Shown one piece after another: positions 38,007-47,584 of a stretch of DNA of 64,000 bases. Both the position numbers and the translations under genes were made by a program. Every line of letters starts with the position of its first letter. Position 1 is the stretch's first letter. The DNA is from an uncultured delta proteobacterium. GTDB taxonomy: Bacteria; Desulfobacterota; Binatia; Binatales; Binataceae. The notes under the pieces were generated by a model, which searched no databases, was not told where the DNA came from, and was given only the letters and a program-made list of their open reading frames with translations. Location: NCBI GenBank assembly GCA_963711565.1, contig CAVQEQ010000004.1, positions 1,056,001 through 1,120,000 of the forward strand, given 5' to 3'.

Positions 38007-39329
38007 ATGCCACCGCCATCTCCGATGTTCATGCGCGGGCCCCACGATCCGATTCGGATCGAACGCGCCGAGGGTCCATGGCTTTACGCCTCCGACGGCA
38101 ACAAGATCCTCGACGCGGGCGGCGGCGCCGTGGTGGTGAATATCGGGCAGGGGCGGCGCGAAATCGCCGAGGTCGCGGCGCGCACGATCGCCAATCTCGA
38201 TTACATTGTGCCGGTGTGGACTTCGCCCGAGCGCGAGAAGCTCGTCGATCGTCTGACGCGATGGACTCCGCCGGGGCTCACGCGGTTCTTTTTCACCAGC
38301 GGTGGATCGGAGTCGGTCGAAGCGGCTCTGAAGTTCGCGATTCTCTACCACAAGGCTCGCGGCAAACAATCGAAGAGCAAAGTCATCGGGCGCCGCTTCT
38401 CGTATCACGGCAACACGATCGCGGCGTTGTCGGCGGGCGGAAGCGGGCGGCGCGCGGACTACGAACATATTCTGCTCGACTGGCCGAAGATCGATCCGAC
38501 GTACTGCTACCGCTGCCCGTGGGGCAAAACCTATCCGTCATGTGAGATCGACTGCGCGACGACGCTCGAAAAAGAGATCCTCAAGCACGGCCCCGACTCG
38601 ATCGCGGCGTTTATCGCGGAACCGATGATGGGTTCGAGCGGCGGCGTGGTCGCGCCTGTCAAAGAGTACTGGCCGAAGATTCGCGAGATCTGCACGCGCT
38701 ATGACGTGCTGCTGATTGCCGACGAAGTGATGACCGGCTTTGGCCGCACCGGCAGGCGCTTCGGCGTCGATCATTGGGACGTGGTGCCGGACATCCTGGT
38801 CGGTGGCAAGGGACTCACTGGCGGTTACATGCCGATGGGAATGATCGCGGTCAAGGAATCCTTGGTCGAGGAAGTCGAGCAGGCCAAGGCCGAGTTCATG
38901 TTCTACACCTACAGCTCGCATCCCGTCGCGTGCGCGGTCGCCGACGAAGTGCTGGCCATCATGGAGCGCGAGCGGCTCGTGGAGCGCTCGGCAGAGGTCG
39001 GCGCGCGTCTCGGCGCGAGCTTGAAGGAAGAACTGTCGGGGCATCCGATGGTCGGCGACATCCGCGGCACCGGGATGTTCTGGGGGATCGAGCTGGTTCA
39101 AGACAAGGCGACCCGCATGCCGTTTGCGCCTGAAAAGAAAGTCACTAATCGTGTGCTCGGTGCGTCGGTGCGCAAGGGGATGTTCTTTTATCCGGCGACC
39201 GGGATGGCGGGCAAGGCGGGTGGCGACGCGATGATGATCACGCCGCCGTTCATCATCGGTGACGCGGAGATCGAATTCATCACTCGCACGGCACGAGCGG
39301 CACTCGACGAGATCCAGCCTAACCTGTAG
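38007..39329 (+). CDS. Class III PLP-dependent aminotransferase
   Basis: SGGSESVE, SYHG, IADEVMTGFGRTG, PDILVGGKGLTGGY. Confidence 0.93.
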   Translation: MPPPSPMFMRGPHDPIRIERAEGPWLYASDGNKILDAGGGAVVVNIGQGRREIAEVAARTIANLDYIVPVWTSPEREKLVDRLTRWTPPGLTRFFFTSGGSESVEAALKFAILYHKARGKQSKSKVIGRRFSYHGNTIAALSAGGSGRRADYEHILLDWPKIDPTYCYRCPWGKTYPSCEIDCATTLEKEILKHGPDSIAAFIAEPMMGSSGGVVAPVKEYWPKIREICTRYDVLLIADEVMTGFGRTGRRFGVDHWDVVPDILVGGKGLTGGYMPMGMIAVKESLVEEVEQAKAEFMFYTYSSHPVACAVADEVLAIMERERLVERSAEVGARLGASLKEELSGHPMVGDIRGTGMFWGIELVQDKATRMPFAPEKKVTNRVLGASVRKGMFFYPATGMAGKAGGDAMMITPPFIIGDAEIEFITRTARAALDEIQPNL

Positions 39330-39363
39330 CGTTTGCGCAGTACGTCTTAGGAGAGACCGGCAC

Positions 39364-40236
39364 ATGGCCGATAGCATCATCGGGCCGACTTCGCATTACT
39401 TTTATTCGCAGCGCCTGAAACTGCACTACGTGGATTGGGGCAATCCCGACAAGCCGCTGCTCGTGCTGGTGCATGGCGGCCGCGACCATTGCCGCAACTG
39501 GGATTGGGTCGCGCTCGATCTGCGCCGGCATTTTCACATCATCGCGCCCGACCTTCGCGGCCACGGCGACTCCGACTGGGCCGTGGGCAGCGGCTATTCG
39601 ATGATCGACTACGTGCTCGATTTGTCGCAGCTCATGAACGCGGTTTCGAGCGAGCCGGCGACGCTCATCGGCCACTCGCTCGGCGGCGGAATCGTTCTGC
39701 AATACACCGGCACGCATCCCGACGCCGTCAAGCGCGTCGTTTCGATCGAGGGGATGGGTCCGCCGCCTGGAATGATCAAGGACACTCCCGCCTACGAGCG
39801 CATGAATAACTGGATCGGCCAGATGCAGACCCTGGCGCGGCGCAAGGTGCGCGAGTACGCGTCGATCGAAGAGGCGCTCGCCCGCATGCGCGAGGCCAAC
39901 CCGCATCTCAGTCGCGAGCAGGCGCGCCATCTCACGATTTGGGGAATCCGCCGCAACGAAAACGGCACCTACTCGTGGAAATTCGACAACTACGTTCACG
40001 CAACGTCGCCCTACATGTTCAACAACCGCGACGCGCGCGAAATCTGGGGACGCATCACCTGCCCGACGCTGCTGATTCGCGGCACGGAATCGTGGGCGGG
40101 CGATTGGGTCAAGGACGGGCGCATCCAGGCGTTCAAGAACGCGGAGTCGGTGACCGTCAACAAGGCGGGCCACTGGGTACATCACGATCGCCTCGATGAA
40201 TTCCTGGCAGTGACGCATCGCTTCCTTGGCGTTTAG
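39364..40236 (+). CDS. Alpha/beta hydrolase
   Basis: LVHGG, PDLRGHGDS, GHSLGG, AGHWVHHD. Confidence 0.92.
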   Translation: MADSIIGPTSHYFYSQRLKLHYVDWGNPDKPLLVLVHGGRDHCRNWDWVALDLRRHFHIIAPDLRGHGDSDWAVGSGYSMIDYVLDLSQLMNAVSSEPATLIGHSLGGGIVLQYTGTHPDAVKRVVSIEGMGPPPGMIKDTPAYERMNNWIGQMQTLARRKVREYASIEEALARMREANPHLSREQARHLTIWGIRRNENGTYSWKFDNYVHATSPYMFNNRDAREIWGRITCPTLLIRGTESWAGDWVKDGRIQAFKNAESVTVNKAGHWVHHDRLDEFLAVTHRFLGV

Positions 40237-40259
40237 CGGCATCGGCGGATAGCACTTCC

Positions 40260-42311
40260 ATGCGACGACCTTCGCTCTCGCTGCGCAGCGACCAATTCGA
40301 ATACGTCCAGTTGATTCTGATCGCAGTGACCGTCGGCATCCTCGCAGCGCTCGGAAATCTTGGCTTTCGCCAACTGATCGAATTTTTCTCGTGGCTGTTT
40401 CGTGTCGTCGAGTGGAGCGCGCTCGGAATCGGCCTCGGTGGAGCGCATCGCGCGCTGATTCCCGTGATCCTCTTGAGCGGCGGCGTCGCGATTCTGCTGC
40501 TTGACCGGATTTTTCCCGGAGACGTGCTCGGTTACGGTTTTCCGAATTTCCTGGAGATGGTGAACCTCGGCACCGCGCGCCTCAAGCGTCGCTGGATTTT
40601 CGTCAAGGCTGCCGGCGCCGCGATTTCACTAGGCGCAGGCGCGTCGGTCGGACGTGAAGGCCCGATCGCGCAAGTGGGAGGTGCGATCGGCTCGACGGTC
40701 GCACAGCTCCGAAAGCTGTCGCCCGATCGCGCCAAGGTGCTGGTCGCGGCCGGCGCGGGCGCGGGTATCGCGACGACCTTCAACGCGCCCATCGGCGGCC
40801 TGATGTTCGCGCAGGAAATCGTCCTGCTCGGCCACACCGAAATCGCCAATCTCACCTTGCTGATCATCGCGACTTTCACCGCCGTGATCACCTCACGCGC
40901 GATCGTCGGCAACGCCTCTGTCTTCGTGGTGCCCGAATTTGTCCTGCGCAGCTACTGGGAGATGGCGACGTATGCGCTCATGGGCGCCGGGCTCGGCGTT
41001 CTCGCCGCCGGCTACATCCGGTTCTTCAACGCAACCGAGGCGTGGTTTCGCCGGCTGAATCTCCCGATTTGGGTCAAGCTCGAGGTGGGACTTGCGGTGG
41101 TGGGCGTGATCGCGATCTGGCTCCCGCAAAATCTGTCCGACGGATACCCGGTGATCAACGGCGCGATGGCGGGTGAGTTCGGCATCGGGATGCTGGCAGC
41201 GATGACCTGCGCGAAATTCTTCGCCAGCAGCGTGTCGCTCGGATGCGGCGCGCCGGGCGGCTCCTTCGGCCCGACGTTTTTCATCGGCACGATGGCGGGC
41301 GGCTTGTTCCAGCGCGTATCGGCGATGGCGATTCCGCATCTGACCGGCCCGCGCGGATCGTACGCGCTGGTCGGGCTCGGCGCGTTTTTGGCCGGGACCA
41401 CGCATGCACCGCTGACGGCGCTGTTCCTGCTCTGGGAGATGACGCACAGCGACACTATCGCGTTGCCTTCGATGATCGCGACCATCACGGCGCTGGTCGT
41501 CGCCCGCGCGATCGAAACCGAATCCATCGACGAGTTCCGCCTCGCGCGCCAGGGTAAGACGCTGCAAATAGGCAGCGAGCGGCTGGCGCTCACTCTCATA
41601 CCGGTGAGCGCAGTCGTGACCCGGAACGTCACGATCGTGAGCGAGAACACTTCCTTGTCGGAGGTGCTCCGCACCGCCGGCGAGACCGCACAGTCCACGT
41701 TGCCAGTAGTCAACAGTGACGGCGAACTCGCCGGGACGATCGTTGTGCGAGATTTGTTGACCATGATCAGTGGAGGACAGGAGCTCGGCCCGCTCGTCAA
41801 CGCATTCGACATCTGCAATGCGCATGGTCCGACAGTGTCGCTCGATGCGAACCTCGACGAGGCGAGTCAGTTGATGGAGCATGATGGCCTCGATGAGATT
41901 CCGGTGATCGACCGCGCCACGCGGCGGTTCCTCGGCCTCGTCACCAGCCGGCAAGTCGCGCAAGCGCTGAACCGCGTGACGGTTTCTCTCTCGACGCTGG
42001 CGACGCGCGACCCGAACATTTATTGGGCAACCGGTTATCGCGTGACGCGCGTTTCGGTTCCCGCCAACGCGGCGGGAAAGACCGTGCGCCAACTCGACGC
42101 CCGCGCCCGCTTCAGCGTCACAGTGCTGGCCGTTCAGGACGCGGGCAACCCGCAGGGTGAATTTACGCCGATCTCGCCCGATCGCCCGCTGAAAGCAGGC
42201 GACGAGCTGATAGCGGCGGGGCGTCCACAAGACATCCGGCAGTTCACGCACGAGTTGGAGAACGCGGTGGCGGTCGCCGCTTCGGCTCAGGTTGGCTCGA
42301 AGAAGGTATAG
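40260..42311 (+). CDS. CLC chloride channel family protein with CBS pair and TrkA-C domain
   Basis: GREGP, FNAPIGG, GGSFGP; C-terminal CBS domains and GKTVRQLD..TVLAV..PLKAGDEL. Confidence 0.9.
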   Translation: MRRPSLSLRSDQFEYVQLILIAVTVGILAALGNLGFRQLIEFFSWLFRVVEWSALGIGLGGAHRALIPVILLSGGVAILLLDRIFPGDVLGYGFPNFLEMVNLGTARLKRRWIFVKAAGAAISLGAGASVGREGPIAQVGGAIGSTVAQLRKLSPDRAKVLVAAGAGAGIATTFNAPIGGLMFAQEIVLLGHTEIANLTLLIIATFTAVITSRAIVGNASVFVVPEFVLRSYWEMATYALMGAGLGVLAAGYIRFFNATEAWFRRLNLPIWVKLEVGLAVVGVIAIWLPQNLSDGYPVINGAMAGEFGIGMLAAMTCAKFFASSVSLGCGAPGGSFGPTFFIGTMAGGLFQRVSAMAIPHLTGPRGSYALVGLGAFLAGTTHAPLTALFLLWEMTHSDTIALPSMIATITALVVARAIETESIDEFRLARQGKTLQIGSERLALTLIPVSAVVTRNVTIVSENTSLSEVLRTAGETAQSTLPVVNSDGELAGTIVVRDLLTMISGGQELGPLVNAFDICNAHGPTVSLDANLDEASQLMEHDGLDEIPVIDRATRRFLGLVTSRQVAQALNRVTVSLSTLATRDPNIYWATGYRVTRVSVPANAAGKTVRQLDARARFSVTVLAVQDAGNPQGEFTPISPDRPLKAGDELIAAGRPQDIRQFTHELENAVAVAASAQVGSKKV

Positions 42312-42943
42312 GGGCGCGCGCGTCCGGCGCGGATTTCCGCGCACATCTGCTCGACCGTCTTGACCTCGCGCTCGAACTCCGTCGCGACTGTCATGAACCA
42401 TTTCGCCGTCGCGAAATGCGCGTCGCTGCCCCCGACCGCCGTCAGCCCGAGCTTCAGCGCCGCGTCTTCTGCGCGCCGATTCTCCTCGGCTGAGTTCTGG
42501 CCGTTCAGCACTTCGACCGCGCCGAGCGCCGCGCCGTGACGGCTCAGTAGCGCGTCGAGCCGCGACCCATAGCCGGAGTCGCGAAACGGATGCGCCGGTA
42601 TTGCGACGCCGCCCTCATGATGCAGGACTTCGATCAGGCTGTCGCTTTTGAGCATCCGCGCCGTCAGATCGAATCGCCGCGTCACTTCGTCGTTCACGCC
42701 GAACAGGAGCAGATGACCAAGGTCGGTGTCGGTCTCGATTCCTTTGAAGATTGCGATTTCAAATCGCTCCGCGAGTTCCGCGTACAGCCGTCCGACTTCG
42801 CCGTCACCGGGGAACAGGCGATGCTCGGTGAAGCAAATCGCGCCGAGTGCGCGGCCGGAGCGCTTCACGAATTCGAGATACTGCTCCGGCGCGACGTTCG
42901 AGTCGGCGGAAAGCCTGGTGTGGACGTGCAGATCGGCGATCAT
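42287..42943 (-). CDS. PHP domain metallophosphoesterase
   Basis: DLHVHT, TEH, AHPFR, GGSDAH. Confidence 0.9.
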   Translation of the reverse strand: MIADLHVHTRLSADSNVAPEQYLEFVKRSGRALGAICFTEHRLFPGDGEVGRLYAELAERFEIAIFKGIETDTDLGHLLLFGVNDEVTRRFDLTARMLKSDSLIEVLHHEGGVAIPAHPFRDSGYGSRLDALLSRHGAALGAVEVLNGQNSAEENRRAEDAALKLGLTAVGGSDAHFATAKWFMTVATEFEREVKTVEQMCAEIRAGRARPYTFFEPT

Positions 42944-42953
42944 GAAGTCGATG

Positions 42954-44471
42954 CTACGGCTCGGCGAAGGTATCGCGCACCTGGATGTGATCCTCGATCG
43001 AGAAAATTCGCGCGAACATGAAAATCTGCGTCTGCACCATCAGACGATCCGCTTCGGTCGGCACCGTGCCCCACAGGACGATCGTGTCGCCCTCCATTTT
43101 GAAATGCACCGAGCCGTAACCCTGCGCGTCGAGCGCCTGGCGCAGCGCGACCTCGCGCGGTGCAGTATGCGCTGGTTCGGGCGCATCGGGCGCGCCGCCA
43201 TCGGGCACCGACGGCACCGAGCCATAGTCGGGTCCGGGTCCGGTATCGCCGTCGGAAGGCTGCGGTTGCGATGAATGGAAAATCAGGTACCCGATCAGAA
43301 AAAATCCACCGACCACTAGCGTCATCAGTCGCGCGGGATGCCGCCGGCGGCGGCGCTCATGAAAAATCGGACCCGGAAAATCACCAGGTGAGGCAACGTC
43401 GTCGAGCACGATCGTCTGCGCCTCAGGCGTCGCGCCGCGATCCACCGCCGACAATCGTCCCGTCACGTCCGCGGCGCAGAACGAGCAGAAGTTCGAATCG
43501 GCCGGAATGCTACGGCCGCATCGCGGACACTCAGTATCGATCGCATTGCTCAGCATCGTCGGCGCCGACGCATGCTGCTCTCTCGACCTCATGCCGCCCA
43601 GCGGTAGTTTGAGTTGCGGACGCGACGACGCCACGGTTGACGAACTGCGCTGCGGTATCGTTATCGGCGTCCCCGACTTGATCGCCAGCAGCCGCTGCCT
43701 GAATTCCGCGGCGTCGGCCATGCGCAAGGCAACGTCGTACTTGAGCGCCTGATCGACCAGCTCGCACAGCGCGGGAGTGATGTCAGGGCAGAGCGAATGC
43801 AACGGTGGAAAACTGAACGGCGGTTCGAGCGCGGGGTCACGGCCCGACAGCGCGTGATGCATCGTGGCGCCCAGGGCGTACAGGTCAGAGCGGAATTCGA
43901 CCTTGCCGCGATATTGCTCCGGCGGCGCGTAGCCCTGCGTACCGATCATCGTGGCGTTGCTGAGCGGCTGGAATAGTCGTGCGATTCCGAAGTCAATCAG
44001 CTTCACCTGCTCCGACGGCGTCAGCATCACGTTCGACGGCTTCAGGTCGCGATAGATAACCGGCGGTTCGAGGTTGTGCAGGTATTCGAGTGTGTCGAGC
44101 ACCTGCAGCGCCACGTCGGTCACCTCGCCCTCGGGCAGCTTGCCGCCCGCGCCTCTGAGTTTCTCTTCGAGCGTGATCCCGTCGATGAACTCCATGACGA
44201 GATAGTGATGGTTCTGGTCGCTGAAGCGATCGAACACGCGCGGGATATGTTCGTTGCTGAGTTGCGCCAGCATGTCGGCCTCACGCTGAAACGCGGCGAT
44301 GGCCTGCTTCTGCGTGTCGGGACTGGTGAAGCTGTCAACCATCTCGGCCAGCGCGCACGGCCGCGCCGCCAGCCGCAAGTCCTCGGCCAGGTAGACGAGC
44401 TTCATCCCGCCCCCGCCAAGCGGCTTCATCACGCGGTAACGTCCGCCGACGATTGTGTTGGGCGCAATCAT
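42954..44471 (-). CDS. Hanks-type Ser/Thr kinase with zinc ribbon, TM and C-terminal BON-like domain
   Basis: YRDLKPSN, DFG, GTQGYAPPEQ, DLYALG; CPRC..CSFC; TM; IVLWGTV..IEDHIQV. Confidence 0.9.
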   Translation of the reverse strand: MIAPNTIVGGRYRVMKPLGGGGMKLVYLAEDLRLAARPCALAEMVDSFTSPDTQKQAIAAFQREADMLAQLSNEHIPRVFDRFSDQNHHYLVMEFIDGITLEEKLRGAGGKLPEGEVTDVALQVLDTLEYLHNLEPPVIYRDLKPSNVMLTPSEQVKLIDFGIARLFQPLSNATMIGTQGYAPPEQYRGKVEFRSDLYALGATMHHALSGRDPALEPPFSFPPLHSLCPDITPALCELVDQALKYDVALRMADAAEFRQRLLAIKSGTPITIPQRSSSTVASSRPQLKLPLGGMRSREQHASAPTMLSNAIDTECPRCGRSIPADSNFCSFCAADVTGRLSAVDRGATPEAQTIVLDDVASPGDFPGPIFHERRRRRHPARLMTLVVGGFFLIGYLIFHSSQPQPSDGDTGPGPDYGSVPSVPDGGAPDAPEPAHTAPREVALRQALDAQGYGSVHFKMEGDTIVLWGTVPTEADRLMVQTQIFMFARIFSIEDHIQVRDTFAEP

Positions 44472-44532
44472 GCCTACGCTAAGAATCTAACCATTACTTC
44501 AATTCTGTGGCAGCCGGCGCGTGTCCCCATCT

Positions 44533-44871
44533 TCATCGCGCGATCCTGTCTTCGCGGAGCGTGTCGGAGAAGGCGGCGTTTGCAGCGCATATGAGATGAA
44601 TCAAGACGCCGAACGGTGCGCCCATCTCGTACGCCATCGACACGCCGAAAAACCACAAAATTCCCTTGAACGGTCTGCCGCGGTAGATATGGCCGACGCC
44701 CGGGACGATGCTCAACACGAGCGCCAGCACCGGGTTGAATCCGTTTCTGTGCAACAGCGGGAACCGGGTGACCGGCGCGCCGCACGATTTGCAGAAACTC
44801 GCCTCGGCGACCACGATCGGCGCACCGCATCGCGAACAGAACCTCGGCTTTTCGAAGTCCGCTTCAGCCAC
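44533..44871 (-). CDS. Zinc-ribbon membrane protein (TM2-like)
   Basis: FCSRCG..FCKSCG; NPVLALVLSIVPGVGHIY.G. Confidence 0.8.
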   Translation of the reverse strand: MAEADFEKPRFCSRCGAPIVVAEASFCKSCGAPVTRFPLLHRNGFNPVLALVLSIVPGVGHIYRGRPFKGILWFFGVSMAYEMGAPFGVLIHLICAANAAFSDTLREDRIAR

Positions 44872-46195
44872 GGAAAGTAAACTGCGCGTCGCCGACCCGG
44901 ATGATTTCGCCGTCGCCGACGCGCGTCGGCTCGGTCACGCGCCGACTGCCGACGAACGTCCCGTTCTGGCTGTTGAGGTCGCGCACCACGAACGTGCTGT
45001 TGGAATTCTCGATGCTCGCGTGATGCCGTGAGACCGACGAGTGGCTGACGACGATTTCGTTGTCGAGCGCGCGCCCGATCCGCGTAACCGAGCCGGTGTG
45101 GACGGGGTAGGGCTGCCCCGACGCGTCGATCAAGCTCGGCCCGTCAACCTTGACGTTCGCCCCTGCCAGCCGCGTGGCGATGTGCGCGGGATTCACCGCA
45201 TCCGCCGCCAGCGACGCCTGTTGCCGCGCGGCCGTCGAGGTTCCGCGCAGATGGAACATCATCTCGTAGCCGCCGATATTGACTCGATCGCCGTCGTGCA
45301 GGTCAACGCTTTCGATTCGCTTGCCGTTGACAAAGGTGCCTTCCTGCACCGCGAGATTCCTGATCACGTAATCGGCCCCGCGTCGTTCAATCACCGCGTG
45401 CCGCTGCTGCACCGAGGGATCGCCGAACAGGCCGACCGGATTTTCCTCGGCGCGCCCAATCGTCGCGCGCGCTCCCTCGATCCGGTACTGGCGTCCGCGC
45501 AGCCGTCCCTGCTCGACCGTGACCCACGCGGCCTTGGTCAGCTCCTGCACGAGTCCAATGAACAATCCAATCGCTAGGCCGGTGACCGCTTCGCCGAAGA
45601 AGCGCGATGCCAGTCCGCCGCCGACGATTGCGCCGATCAAATCGAACGCGATTCCGCCGACCGCGCCGCCGAGCAGTCCGCCCACAGCGCCCTTGGGCAC
45701 GTTATCCATCGTGAGAGTCGCCAAACCCACGCCAGCGCCCACCAGCGCTCCGTCGATTGCCCATCCCAGCAGCCGCGCGATGACGAGAGTTATGACCGAA
45801 CCCGAAACCAGCTGGCCATCCGGGTTGAAGCCGACGCCGCCCGCCTGCAGGACAGCGTTGAATACGTAGTTTCCGAGATAAGTGGAGAGAAACGAGAGCG
45901 CAAAACAGATCGCGAAGCCGCGCATGAAACGCCGCTGCGCCTCCGGCGTCAAGCGAACGTCTGACGTATCCACGGCCGTGATGAACGCGCCAATCGCACC
46001 CGCGGCTATCGCCGCCGACAGGTAGTACGCAATCGTATCGCCGGTCGTCTGCGCCTCGCCAAGGTGAGAGTTATGCGATGCCAGCTCGACCGGCAGCCAT
46101 CCGATCGCGCCGCCACACAGGCCGGCCAGAGCTTTGAACGTCAGTTCGCGCCGGTTAAGAGATTCGCTTTTGAGTAGAGCTAGAGGTGAATCCAC
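44864..46195 (-). CDS. Multi-TM protein with two C-terminal FHA domains
   Basis: Gly-rich TM helices; IGR..RHA..GTFVNG and IGR..SVSRHHA..SQNGTFV. Confidence 0.88.
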   Translation of the reverse strand: MDSPLALLKSESLNRRELTFKALAGLCGGAIGWLPVELASHNSHLGEAQTTGDTIAYYLSAAIAAGAIGAFITAVDTSDVRLTPEAQRRFMRGFAICFALSFLSTYLGNYVFNAVLQAGGVGFNPDGQLVSGSVITLVIARLLGWAIDGALVGAGVGLATLTMDNVPKGAVGGLLGGAVGGIAFDLIGAIVGGGLASRFFGEAVTGLAIGLFIGLVQELTKAAWVTVEQGRLRGRQYRIEGARATIGRAEENPVGLFGDPSVQQRHAVIERRGADYVIRNLAVQEGTFVNGKRIESVDLHDGDRVNIGGYEMMFHLRGTSTAARQQASLAADAVNPAHIATRLAGANVKVDGPSLIDASGQPYPVHTGSVTRIGRALDNEIVVSHSSVSRHHASIENSNSTFVVRDLNSQNGTFVGSRRVTEPTRVGDGEIIRVGDAQFTFRG

Positions 46196-46342
46196 GGCAC
46201 CCTCGGCACATGCATCCTGCTTCTAAGATATAATAGCCCGCAGCCGCGCGCTGGAAAACGCTCTTCGCGAACGGCATGCAATCGGCGGACTGCGGCCCTT
46301 GTATTGCCCGCGTTCGGCGAAAACAGGCATCATCCCGGTGTC

Positions 46343-47584
46343 ATGAGCACTGAAAACCTGGTCTCTGAAAAATTCGGCCCCTTGCAGGGCGTGAAGATCG
46401 TCTCGACCGGGACGTTGATCGCGCAGCCGTTCGCCGCCGAACTGGCCGCCGAGATGGGCGCGGAAGTCATCCAGATCGAACGGCCGGGAATTGGCGACGT
46501 CGGATGGCGCAACATCGGGATCAGGCTCAAAACCAAAGACGGCAACGCCGCCGTCGCGACCACCTGGATCCAGGAACGGCGCAACGTCTTCTGCATCTCG
46601 CTGGACTTATCGAAGCCGCGCGGCCGCGAACTTTTTCTCAAGCTCATCGCGCGTGCCGACATCTGGATGGAAAGCTCGAAGCCCGGCACTTACCGCAAGT
46701 GGGACCTCGACGATGCCGCGATCTGGAAGGTCAATCCCAAGCTGGTGATCGCTCACGTCTCGGGCTTCGGCCAGAGCGGCGACCCCGACTACGTCCATCG
46801 CGCGTCATACGACGTAGTCGGGCAGGCGGTCGGCGGCATGATGAGCCAGACCGGCTTTCCCGACCCGACACCGCCGACGCGCGCCGCGCCGTGGACCGGC
46901 GACTACATCACCGCGCTGTTCGCGATGTGGTCGTCGCTGGCCGGCCTCACTTACGCGCGCGCAACCGGAAAAGGCCAGTCGATCAACGTCGCTCAGTACG
47001 AGGCGATTCACAAAACGCTGGGCGGCACGATGGTTGAATACTTCCAGAACGGCATCGTTCGCGAGCGCTCCGGAAATCGCGCGCAGGGCTTTCAGCCGCT
47101 CGACACGTTTCAAGCGTCCGACGGATGGGTCGTGATGGGCGCGATCGGCAACGTCTATTCGCGAATGCTGCGCGTGATTGGGCTCGATCCCGCCGACCCG
47201 AAATGGGAAACGGCGCGCACCCAACTCGAATCGATCGAAGGAATCGAGTTCGATGCGATCCTTCGCGGATGGATTTCCGAGCGCACCGTGAAAGACGTTG
47301 TGACGGCGATGGCGGCCGGCAACGTGCCGTGCTCGCCGATCATGACGAGCAAGGACATCGCCGAAGACCCGCAATACCGCGCTCGCGGTATGCACGTCGA
47401 ATGGGAAGACGAGCAGGTCGGCAAGGTGAAAGGTATCGGCGTCGCCCCAAAGTTCTCGGTGACGCCGGGAAAAATCGTGCGCGGCTCGGTGCCGCTAGGC
47501 CACGACAACGACCGCGTCTATCGGGAGATGCTCGGTGTTAGCGCCGCCGAACTCGAGCTGCTCCGCCGCGACAAAGTGATCTAG
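46343..47584 (+). CDS. CaiB/BaiF family III CoA-transferase
   Basis: GPLQGVKIV..AQPFA..GAEVIQIE, SGFGQSG, DYITA. Confidence 0.9.
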   Translation: MSTENLVSEKFGPLQGVKIVSTGTLIAQPFAAELAAEMGAEVIQIERPGIGDVGWRNIGIRLKTKDGNAAVATTWIQERRNVFCISLDLSKPRGRELFLKLIARADIWMESSKPGTYRKWDLDDAAIWKVNPKLVIAHVSGFGQSGDPDYVHRASYDVVGQAVGGMMSQTGFPDPTPPTRAAPWTGDYITALFAMWSSLAGLTYARATGKGQSINVAQYEAIHKTLGGTMVEYFQNGIVRERSGNRAQGFQPLDTFQASDGWVVMGAIGNVYSRMLRVIGLDPADPKWETARTQLESIEGIEFDAILRGWISERTVKDVVTAMAAGNVPCSPIMTSKDIAEDPQYRARGMHVEWEDEQVGKVKGIGVAPKFSVTPGKIVRGSVPLGHDNDRVYREMLGVSAAELELLRRDKVI

